Shown: positions 56,271 through 64,000 of the stretch, piece after piece
How the letters are laid out: every line of letters starts with the position of its first letter
How positions within the stretch are numbered: position 1 is the stretch's first letter
Assembly (NCBI GenBank): GCA_965203905.1
Contig: CBDBDQ010000005.1
Span: 544,001 to 608,000 of the forward strand
Direction of reading: 5' to 3'
Source of the DNA: Spirochaetia bacterium
GTDB lineage: Bacteria; Spirochaetota; Spirochaetia; SZUA-6; Bin103
DNA length: 64,000 nt
Position numbers and translations under genes: made by a program
Notes under the pieces: generated by a model
What the model saw: only the letters and a program-made list of their open reading frames with translations
Databases searched by the model: none
Told to the model about the DNA's origin: nothing

Positions 56271-56535
56271 CACGCACACGCTGACGATCAGGGTTCCCGA
56301 AGTCCTGAAGAATCGGATCGAGCGGGTCTCAGCCCTGCAAGGCGTATCGATCAATCAGTTTGCCCTGTACGCATTCACCAAGGAGATCGCGGAACTCGAG
56401 AATCGTTCCTATTTCGACGCTATTCTAAGCAAGATCAACAAGAAACAGCTTCTGCGGGCGGTGGATGAAATCCTCGCCGCGGTCCCGGAACGACCCGTTC
56501 CCGAGTGGGATCGTTTGCCGGAAACGCGTTCCTGA
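56260..56535 (+). CDS. HicB-like/RHH antitoxin
   Basis: LTIRVP..LKNRI...QGVSINQF; overlaps the PIN gene stop. Confidence 0.75.
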   Translation: MGNNTHTLTIRVPEVLKNRIERVSALQGVSINQFALYAFTKEIAELENRSYFDAILSKINKKQLLRAVDEILAAVPERPVPEWDRLPETRS

Positions 56536-56570
56536 GGCGAACCATGATTTTCGGACAACGCATCCGCGCG

Positions 56571-57665
56571 CTACCGTAGCGCGGGCGGCAGGTCGAGGCC
56601 GAAGCGCTCGGCGGCGGCGCGCAGCTTGCCGACCGTGCCGGCGGGCAGCGGGATGCCGTTGGCGGTGCGCTCGGCCAGCACCTGCTCCTCCGGCTGGCCC
56701 GGCACCAGCACCGGCGGCGCCCCGTCCACGGTGGCCAAGCCATTCATGGCGTCGGACAGCCGGTCGACGTCGCGCTTGAACGCCGCCACGTCGGTGAACG
56801 CGGCGATGTCTATGGCGGCGACGAAGCTGTTCTGGGTGCCGCGGCGCGGAGCGTCCTGGCCGCTGATCGTGGTGGCCAGCAGCGGGTTGCCGACCATCAG
56901 GCTCGACATGCACTCGAAGATGAGTGCCAGCCCATAACCCTTGTAGCCGGCGGCGGGACGCAGCAGGGCCGCCTGCGCCGGGTCGGTGGTGGGCCGGCCC
57001 TCCGCATCCAGCGCCCACTCCTCGGGAATCGCCACACCCTTGTCCAGCGCCACGTCCAGCTTGCCGCCGGCAGCAACGCTGGTGGCCATGTCCAGGCTGA
57101 TCGCGGGCCGGCGCGCGCCGGGCACGGCGACCGCGATCGGGCTGTTGTGGGTGCCGGCCTGCTTCGCCCCCGGCGGCGCCATGTTGGGCGGACTGCACAC
57201 CACGGCCAGACCGACCAGGTCGGCCGCCGCGGCCATCTGCGCGTAGTAGGCCATCGCCCCCTGGTGCGAGGTGTTGCGGATCAATCCCCAGCCGATCCCC
57301 ACAGCCTTCGCCTTGGCCATGACCCGCTCCATCGCCTGCACCGTCACCACCGGACCGAACGCGTGGTCCGCCTCCATCAACAGGGTAGCGGCGGTCTCCC
57401 GCTCCACCCTGATACGCGGACGCGGGTTCATCAAGCCGTGGTCCACCGCATAACTGTAGGCGGCGACGCGCTGCACCCCGTGCGAGTCAATGCCGCGCAG
57501 GTTGGCCCACACAAGCACCTCGGCCTCCGTGGCGGCGTCATCCTCGGGCATGCCGAGGCCCTCGAACACCCGCGCCGTGAACGCCTGCAGTGCCGCCGCC
57601 TCGATGGAACGCGTACCCAGGGACGAGTCGAAGCTCGCCGCCCCTTCCGTAACCCGATACTGCAT
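56571..57665 (-). CDS. Ldh_2 family oxidoreductase (malate/lactate/ureidoglycolate dehydrogenase type)
   Basis: GIDSHG, LDMATS, GYKGYGL, PGQPE. Confidence 0.9.
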   Translation of the reverse strand: MQYRVTEGAASFDSSLGTRSIEAAALQAFTARVFEGLGMPEDDAATEAEVLVWANLRGIDSHGVQRVAAYSYAVDHGLMNPRPRIRVERETAATLLMEADHAFGPVVTVQAMERVMAKAKAVGIGWGLIRNTSHQGAMAYYAQMAAAADLVGLAVVCSPPNMAPPGAKQAGTHNSPIAVAVPGARRPAISLDMATSVAAGGKLDVALDKGVAIPEEWALDAEGRPTTDPAQAALLRPAAGYKGYGLALIFECMSSLMVGNPLLATTISGQDAPRRGTQNSFVAAIDIAAFTDVAAFKRDVDRLSDAMNGLATVDGAPPVLVPGQPEEQVLAERTANGIPLPAGTVGKLRAAAERFGLDLPPALR

Positions 57666-57719
57666 CTATTCCCCTCGCGCAGGATACCAGATCAGCCAGC
57701 TACCACCAGTTCGGCTGTT

Positions 57720-58832
57720 TCAGTTAAGAGGCCGCAGCAGCGGGATCTCCGGGAGCTCGTTGTGGAGGCGTTCGAACACGTCGACGCCGTCGCGGGTGAG
57801 CGCGGTGGGGTCCGCGAGCGGCAGGTCGACGCGCACCTGCTCCAGGCTCGACCAGCACGCCGCGGCCAGCACCTCGAAGCCGGTGTAGGCGTGCTCGACG
57901 TTGCACGGGTGGTCGGCCAGCGAGCCGTCGAGCCAGTCGGCGATCTGGGCCGCGTAGCCCTGCTGAATGCGCGGCGACTCCCACGTCCAGCCGGCGCCCG
58001 GATCCTCCTTCGAGTAGCCGGGGTTCTCACCACGCGTCCACTCGCCCTTGGTGGCACGGCTCTGCGTGCCCCAGATGCCGGTGTTCTCCGCCCACACCGT
58101 GCCCTCGGTGCCGCGCACGGTAAGCCGGTTCACCTGCCAGAGGTCCCCGGAGTCGTAGCGCGGCGCCACCCCGCCGTACTCGCCAAGACCGTACACGCCG
58201 CCGGCGAGCTCCAGCCGCAGCAGGCACAGGTCGGGCGACGGGTGGATGTCCTGGAGCTGGGTGCGGCCGTGGACGTGCCCCACCACCCACTGCGGCTGTG
58301 CGAAACCGCTGGCCCAGAGCAGGTAGTGGGTGTAGTGGGTGCCGCGGTCGGACAGGTTGCCGCTGGTGGTCGCGTGGATTTCCGTGGTCCGCCCGATGTC
58401 GCCGGCGTCAAGCACCCGCTTGAGCTGCTGGAACGAGCTGGTATAGATGTGCTGCTGGCACACTGTCCCCTTGATCCCGGCACCGCGGCAGAGATCGTAG
58501 ATGCGCCGCGCGTCGGCCAGCGACATGGCCATCGGCTTCTCGAATGCCAGACCGCGCACGCGGTGCTTCGCGGCCAGCTCCACCATCGCCACCCGCACGT
58601 CGGGCCGGGTGACGAAACAGAACAGGTCGGGGCGGGTCTCGGCCAGCATCCGGTCGGCGTCCGCGTACTGCGCCACGTCGAGACCGAGCTCCGTGGCGAC
58701 GGTGTGCATCCGCGCCTCGTCCAGCTCGCACAACGCCACCACCTCGAAGCGTTCGGGGTGCGCCAGCCACCCCTTGAGGTGTGTCGTCCCACGGTTGCCG
58801 CAACCTGCCTGCGCCACTCGTATCTTTCCCAT
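57720..58832 (-). CDS. Gfo/Idh/MocA family oxidoreductase
   Basis: GCGNRG, EKPMA, DRGTH. Confidence 0.88.
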   Translation of the reverse strand: MGKIRVAQAGCGNRGTTHLKGWLAHPERFEVVALCELDEARMHTVATELGLDVAQYADADRMLAETRPDLFCFVTRPDVRVAMVELAAKHRVRGLAFEKPMAMSLADARRIYDLCRGAGIKGTVCQQHIYTSSFQQLKRVLDAGDIGRTTEIHATTSGNLSDRGTHYTHYLLWASGFAQPQWVVGHVHGRTQLQDIHPSPDLCLLRLELAGGVYGLGEYGGVAPRYDSGDLWQVNRLTVRGTEGTVWAENTGIWGTQSRATKGEWTRGENPGYSKEDPGAGWTWESPRIQQGYAAQIADWLDGSLADHPCNVEHAYTGFEVLAAACWSSLEQVRVDLPLADPTALTRDGVDVFERLHNELPEIPLLRPLN

Positions 58833-58859
58833 GGTTCGGTCCTCCGGTGTCGGGTGATG

Positions 58860-59885
58860 CTATCGTGCCGTGGAGGGCTCGGCGACGCGTACCAACTGCT
58901 TGCCGATGTTCTTGCTGGTGAGCAGGCGCAGGAACGCGCCGGGCAGGCTCTCGAAGCCCTCCGCGATGTCGAAGCGCGAGCGCAGGAGGCCGGCGCGCTG
59001 CCAAGCGGCCAGCCGCTCGTACGCCTCGGCCGACCGGTGCGCGTAGTCGCCTGACAGAAACCCCTCGATGCGGGCGCGGGCGACCAGGATCCTGCGCATG
59101 AAGCGCGGCCCGATGTCGGGCTGCTCGAAGCGGTCGGCGAGGCTGATCGTGCCCACCACCACCACCCGCGCGAAGGTCGCCAGGTTCTGCATCACCGCGT
59201 CCAGAATCGGTCCGGCGGTGTTGTCGAAGTAGACGTCCACGCCGTTCGGGCACACGCGCGCGATGGCGGCGCTCAGGTCCGGCTCCGCGCGGTAGTCGAT
59301 GCCGTCTTCGTAGCCGATCTCGCGGCACCATGCCAGCTTCTCCGCAGAGCTGGTGACCGCGATCGCCCGGCAGCCGCACAGCTTGGCGATCTGGCCGGCG
59401 ATCTGACCCACCGATCCGGCCGCGGCCGAGATCACCACCGTGTCCCCCGGCTTGATGCGGCCGGTCTCCAGCAGCGCGAAGTACGCCGTGGGACCGTTGG
59501 TGCCCAGGGCATCCAGCCAATGCGGCAGGTCGGCCAGTTCCGGGTCCACGCGCTGCGCGGTTGCCGCCGGCACCGCCGCGTACTCCTGCCAGCCGGTGGT
59601 CGCCACCACCAGGTCGCCGGGACGATAGCCGTCCGCATTCGAGCGTACTACCTCGGCCACGGCCGCGGCGGTCATCACCTCGCCCAGGCTGACGCCGGCT
59701 GTGTAGTTCTGCTGCCGGCTGATCCGTCCCCGCATGTAGGGGGCGACATCGACATACAACGAACGTACCAGAAGTTCCCCCGCGCCGGGCTCCGGAACCG
59801 CTCCCTCCGATAGCGCCCAGTTGTCTTCGCTCGGCATGCCCTCCGGGTACGAGGCCAGCCGCCACTGCCGATTGCTCGTCGCCAT
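58860..59885 (-). CDS. NADP-dependent oxidoreductase (CurA/PTGR-like MDR)
   Basis: PYMRG, SAAAGSVG, YFDNTAG, NIGKQLV; start MATSNRQ. Confidence 0.9.
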   Translation of the reverse strand: MATSNRQWRLASYPEGMPSEDNWALSEGAVPEPGAGELLVRSLYVDVAPYMRGRISRQQNYTAGVSLGEVMTAAAVAEVVRSNADGYRPGDLVVATTGWQEYAAVPAATAQRVDPELADLPHWLDALGTNGPTAYFALLETGRIKPGDTVVISAAAGSVGQIAGQIAKLCGCRAIAVTSSAEKLAWCREIGYEDGIDYRAEPDLSAAIARVCPNGVDVYFDNTAGPILDAVMQNLATFARVVVVGTISLADRFEQPDIGPRFMRRILVARARIEGFLSGDYAHRSAEAYERLAAWQRAGLLRSRFDIAEGFESLPGAFLRLLTSKNIGKQLVRVAEPSTAR

Positions 59886-59900
59886 GCGCGGCATAGTATC

Positions 59901-60069
59901 ATGGCCGTACCCATGAAGGAGATGGCTCCGATCCGGCTCGGCGACCTCGAAGTTACCCGTGTCGAGGAGATGAACCCATCTGCACGCCACGCTGGTGCTC
60001 GGCAGCCACTTCGCACCCCCGACCGCGCGCATCGCCAGCGGCCCACGTACGTGTCGGGCTACGTATTGA
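59901..60069 (+). pseudogene. Internally deleted MBL-fold hydrolase relic
   Basis: MAPIRLGDLEVTRVEEM (N-terminus-like) is followed in another frame by ATLVLGSHFAPPTARI (C-terminus-like). Confidence 0.5.
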
Positions 60070-60140
60070 TCGCCTGAAGCCCGCAGAGCCCGCACGGCGG
60101 GATGTCAATCGCAGCGGCAAGCGTGTATCGTGCCCGCGAC

Positions 60141-61625
60141 ATGGGCCCCACGGAAATCACTGCACATACGAAGTTTCGGATTGCACCGGTCGATCCCCGC
60201 GTATTCGGCGGGTTCCTCGAGCACATAGGCCGGGCGGTGTACGAAGGAGTGTACGACCCCGACAGCGCGCACGCCGACGCCGACGGCTGCCGGGAGGACG
60301 TGCTGGCGGCCCTGCGGCGGCTGGACATGACGGCGATGCGCTATCCGGGCGGCAACTTCGTCTCCGGCTACCACTGGCAGGACGGTGTCGGCCTGCAGGC
60401 GAACCGCCCGACGGTGCGCGAACTGGCGTGGCAGAGCATCGAGCCGAACCGGTTCGGCACCGACGAGTACATCGGCCTGTGCCGGAAGATGGGCTGGACC
60501 CCGATGCTGACGGTGAATCTCGGGACCGGTACGCCGGAAGAAGCACGCGACTGGGTGGAGTACTGCAACTGCCCTCCCGGCACCCGCTACGCCGACCTGC
60601 GCGCCGCGAACGGCAGCCGCGAACCGCATGCCGTGAAGCTGTGGTGCCTGGGCAACGAGATGGACGGGCCGTGGCAGCTCGGCCACGTCCCCGCCGACCA
60701 GTACGCGATCCGTGCCCAGCAGGCCGCCAAGATGATGAAGGATACCGATTCCAGCATCGAGCTGGTCGCCTGCGGATCGTGCGTCATCACCCTGCCCACC
60801 TACATGGAGTGGGACCGGGAGGTGCTCACCCACCTGGGCGACCTGGCCGACTACATCAGCCTCCATCGCTACGTGGGCAATGCGAACGGGGACACGCCGG
60901 ACTTTCTCGCGGTCACGGCGTCGATCGATCGCCAGATCGAAGAGATGGACGCCGCCTGCCGCTTTGCGCAGGCCCGTGCGCGGGGCCGGAAGCGGGCCTT
61001 TCTCGCCTTCGACGAGTGGAACGTCTGGTACAAGGGCGATCAGACGGACGGCGCGGGCAAGTTCGCGCCGCACCTGGTCGAGGAGGTCTACAACCTGGAG
61101 GACGCGCTGGTCGTGGCCGGGTTCCTGCACAGCTTCGTGCGCCACGCCGACGTGGTGAAGATCGCCAACCTGGCCCAGATCGTGAACGTGATCGCTCCCC
61201 TCCTGACGCGCGGCGACGACCTGCTGATCCAGAGCATCTTCTACCCGTTCGAGATGTTTTCAAGGCGCCGCACCGGCGATGCGCTCCAGCTTGCGGTGGA
61301 GGGTCCGGAGTATGAAGGGAAGAGCAACGGCCGCGTGAACTACGTCGATGCCAGCGCAATACTCGACGGCAGCACGCTGCACCTCTTCCTCACCAACCGC
61401 AGCGTCGATGCGGCCGCGGACGTGACCCTGGCCCCGGCCGACGTGTCGATCGTGGGGTGCCGGAGCGCCGAGGTGCTGACGGGCCCGGATGCCGAGGCGG
61501 CCAATTCGTTCGAGCGAGGTGACGTCGTCAAGGCCGCGCCGTTCGAGGTCGCCACGCGCGCCGGCCGCGCGTACTGCCAACTGCCGCCGCTGTCGTTCGC
61601 GGCCATGTCGCTGCAATGCGGCTGA
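60141..61625 (+). CDS. Alpha-L-arabinofuranosidase, GH51
   Basis: FLEH.GRAVYEG, RYPGGNF, LGNEMDG, FDEWNVW, AQIVNVI. Confidence 0.93.
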   Translation: MGPTEITAHTKFRIAPVDPRVFGGFLEHIGRAVYEGVYDPDSAHADADGCREDVLAALRRLDMTAMRYPGGNFVSGYHWQDGVGLQANRPTVRELAWQSIEPNRFGTDEYIGLCRKMGWTPMLTVNLGTGTPEEARDWVEYCNCPPGTRYADLRAANGSREPHAVKLWCLGNEMDGPWQLGHVPADQYAIRAQQAAKMMKDTDSSIELVACGSCVITLPTYMEWDREVLTHLGDLADYISLHRYVGNANGDTPDFLAVTASIDRQIEEMDAACRFAQARARGRKRAFLAFDEWNVWYKGDQTDGAGKFAPHLVEEVYNLEDALVVAGFLHSFVRHADVVKIANLAQIVNVIAPLLTRGDDLLIQSIFYPFEMFSRRRTGDALQLAVEGPEYEGKSNGRVNYVDASAILDGSTLHLFLTNRSVDAAADVTLAPADVSIVGCRSAEVLTGPDAEAANSFERGDVVKAAPFEVATRAGRAYCQLPPLSFAAMSLQCG

Positions 61626-61671
61626 CCGGAGGCGGTCGGGAGCGCGCTTCCCCGGCGCCGCCGCGGAGGGC

Positions 61672-62712
61672 ATGACACCCGCGCCGCCCCGTCCACGCGT
61701 GCTGCTGACCACCCAACCGGGGTGGGACGTGGCCGTCACCGCGGAGTTGCGCACGCTGGGCGTGCCGGGGCGCTTCCCGGTTCGCCATCGCGGCTCGTCG
61801 GTGCTGGTCCCGGACCTGCGCCGCACCAGCCCCGCGGCCCTGTCCACCCCGGCCGTGGCGTTTCGGATCCTGCTGGGTGCCGTGGCGGCGCGCGGTGCAG
61901 ACGCCGTGTCCACCCTGCTCGGCGCATTGCGCACGGCGGCGCTCAAGCAGCCGATAGTCGAAGCGCTGCAGGGCAGTGCCCGGCGCGGCCTGCGCCGCTA
62001 CTCGATCGCCACCGAGGTGTACGGCCGTACCTCGGCGAACCGTAAGCAACTCGCGGCTTCGGTCGAGCGGGCGATCCTGACCGCCTTCCCGCGCTGGCAG
62101 CGGGCGCCGGAGGCCGGGGCGCGTTTCCTGTGTAAGGCGGACCCCGAGTACGCCGTCCTGGCGCTGCAGACTGCCACCAATCTGTCCGCGGACCCGGGGC
62201 TTCGGGCGGGGTCGTTGCGGGAGCACCTCGCCGCCTCCCTGCTGGTGCTGGCAAGAGCCGCTCCGGGCAGCGCCGTCTTCGATCCATTCATGGGCACCGG
62301 GACGATCCTGAAGGTGGCGGCGCAACGCTTCGGCGTGCAGTCCTGCTACGGCCTGGAGGTCTCGCGCGACGCCTTCCTGACCGCTCGGCAGCGGCTGTCG
62401 GGTACGCCGTCGCATCTTTTCAATGCCCGCTTCGAGGAGTTCGACCTGGACCGGTTGCCGGAGCCAACGCGGCTGGTAGCCAACCTCCCCTTCGGCCACC
62501 GCTTCGTGCGCGCTCCCTCGCACCCGCTCATCGGGCTGGTCGAGGGACACCCGTTCGCCGGCCGCCACGTCGCGCTGCTGATGTCCCGCGAGCAGGCCAG
62601 GCAAGTCGCGGCCGCAACCGCGCTGCGGGCACGCAACGTCCTGGTGCTCGGTCAGCCGGCCGCGATCCTCTCCGACTCGCCCTTCGCCGAACCCAGCCGC
62701 ACCAAGCGTTAG
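61672..62712 (+). CDS. THUMP-like/class I SAM-dependent RNA methyltransferase (Trm14/RlmL-like)
   Basis: GSLREHLAA, DPFMGTGTI, ANLPFG. Confidence 0.7.
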   Translation: MTPAPPRPRVLLTTQPGWDVAVTAELRTLGVPGRFPVRHRGSSVLVPDLRRTSPAALSTPAVAFRILLGAVAARGADAVSTLLGALRTAALKQPIVEALQGSARRGLRRYSIATEVYGRTSANRKQLAASVERAILTAFPRWQRAPEAGARFLCKADPEYAVLALQTATNLSADPGLRAGSLREHLAASLLVLARAAPGSAVFDPFMGTGTILKVAAQRFGVQSCYGLEVSRDAFLTARQRLSGTPSHLFNARFEEFDLDRLPEPTRLVANLPFGHRFVRAPSHPLIGLVEGHPFAGRHVALLMSREQARQVAAATALRARNVLVLGQPAAILSDSPFAEPSRTKR

Positions 62713-63378
62713 TCAGGTCAGCGCCGCAGTGGCCAGCCAGCGATTCACCTGCTGCACCGTGACGCCGTCAAGCGAGTCGACGACCCGGTCGGCGTGATCG
62801 AACGGCCACCCGCGCGTGACGTCGTTCGGCACCGCCACCGTGTAGATCCCGGCCGCCTTGGCCGCCTGCGCCCCGTTCGGCGAATCCTCGAACGCCACCG
62901 CCTCGGCGGCACTCGTCCCCAGGCCCTCCAGGACCGCCAGGTAGACGTCCGGCGCCGGCTTGGTGTGCTGCACGTCGTCGCGGCAGCGCACGGCAGTGAA
63001 CGAGTCCAACAGACCGATGCGCTCCAGACGCGCGTCGACCCAGAGATGGGAGGAGGACGATGCCACCCCGAGCCGCAGCCCGGCCGCAACCGCCGCTGCC
63101 ACCAGCTCCGCCACGCCGGCGCGGGCACCAAGCAAGGCGATGGTGCGGCGATGCCTGACGCCCAACTCGTTTCGCTGCGCGGCGATGTCGACGCCGGGAC
63201 CGACCACTTGCTGCAGATGTCCGTACGGATCGAGGTGAGACCCCACACAGCGACGCCACAGCGCAGTCGGAAGCTCGACGCCATGGCGCGCATACAATTC
63301 GCGTGCGAGCTCGAACGAAGAACTCTCGGTGTCGACGATCAACCCGTCGAAGTCGAATACCAGGGCACGCAGCGCCAT
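62713..63378 (-). CDS. HAD-family phosphatase (subfamily IA)
   Basis: FDFDG, ASSS, KPAP, FEDS. Confidence 0.92.
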   Translation of the reverse strand: MALRALVFDFDGLIVDTESSSFELARELYARHGVELPTALWRRCVGSHLDPYGHLQQVVGPGVDIAAQRNELGVRHRRTIALLGARAGVAELVAAAVAAGLRLGVASSSSHLWVDARLERIGLLDSFTAVRCRDDVQHTKPAPDVYLAVLEGLGTSAAEAVAFEDSPNGAQAAKAAGIYTVAVPNDVTRGWPFDHADRVVDSLDGVTVQQVNRWLATAALT

Positions 63379-63470
63379 TTCTCTGGCGGCGATCTTACCG
63401 GGTCATGTCATACGTGGGACAGGCAAGACCCCGCGGGAGGCAGGGGGGCAGGAACACACCCCCGTCGGCG

Positions 63471-64000
63471 TCACTTGCCGCCCGAAGGGGTTTTCCACAA
63501 CCGGGAGAATTCGGCCGTGTCGCGCAGTTCCGGTTGCGTCCCGATCGCCTCGACCCTGCCATCGCGCAGCACCACGATGCGGTCCGCGACCGTGAGCAGC
63601 GCCCTGCCGGTGCCGCTTACCACGCACAGGGCGCCCTCGCGCGCCAGCAGCCTTACCTGACGGAGGTATTCCTGCTCGGTGGCGGGATCGAGGGCACTGC
63701 ACGGGTCGTCCAGAACGACCAGCGGCGCGTGGTGGAAAAACGCGCGCGCCGACGCGAGTCGCTGCCGCTGACCGCCGGACAGCCTGGTCCCCGCGGCGCC
63801 GACCACCGTCGCGACGCCGTTCGGCAGCGCCGCGACATCGGGCGCCAGCACGGCGGCCTGCAGCGCCGCGTCGACGGTCGGATCGTGCACGCCGGTGCCG
63901 GCGCTGTGCTCCAGCCTGACGTTCTCGCGGATCGAGACGCTGAACAGGTGCGGCTCCTGCGGGATGTAGGTGCACACCGGCCAGCGGAACCAGGAGGCCG
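63471..64000 (-). CDS. ABC exporter ATP-binding domain, 3' part (5' end beyond the window)
   Basis: YIPQEP, LSGGQRQR, VVLDDP. Confidence 0.85.
   Translation of the reverse strand, partial: ASWFRWPVCTYIPQEPHLFSVSIRENVRLEHSAGTGVHDPTVDAALQAAVLAPDVAALPNGVATVVGAAGTRLSGGQRQRLASARAFFHHAPLVVLDDPCSALDPATEQEYLRQVRLLAREGALCVVSGTGRALLTVADRIVVLRDGRVEAIGTQPELRDTAEFSRLWKTPSGGK

Noticed and set aside
1-64000. CRISPR arrays, tRNA, rRNA, prophage or IS genes
   Set aside because: No regularly spaced repeats, cloverleaf motifs, rRNA-like tracts or transposase/phage ORFs were recognised by eye; nearly all sequence is accounted for by protein genes.

Overview
High-GC bacterial chromosomal window. The host is possibly a high-GC spirochaete-like symbiont; this is a weak inference from the substrate-binding protein's signal peptide and the gene content. 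All product calls come from motif recognition by eye, with no database searches. 1-20.9 kb is a carbohydrate uptake and catabolism region: an Opp/Dpp-type ABC transporter, two BNR/sialidase-fold proteins, two GH127-like paralogs, two PhyH dioxygenases, twin MBL-fold proteins, an epimerase, aldolase, lactonase, SDR and ketopantoate-reductase-like gene. The rest is a backbone of metabolic genes: CoxD/CoxE-like pair, M32 peptidase, menA, menE, thioesterase, ppc, MoxR-DUF58-transglutaminase, SelA-like enzyme, PIG-L deacetylase, GH88, GH51 and oxidoreductases. Small accessory cassettes repeatedly interrupt this backbone. They are a GmrSD-type nuclease, five toxin-antitoxin loci (the ParE and AbiEii toxins are internally deleted, the three PIN toxins look intact), a two-gene HEPN cassette between ~210-235 bp diverged direct repeats, and a coupled three-gene cassette ending in a ComEC-like MBL nuclease next to a DUF499 relic. 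That three-gene cassette is the best candidate for an undescribed defence system. An unannotated ~80-bp repeat starting at TAG stop codons occurs three times, and several intergenic regions are gene relics. No rRNA, tRNA, CRISPR array, integrase or transposase was seen.
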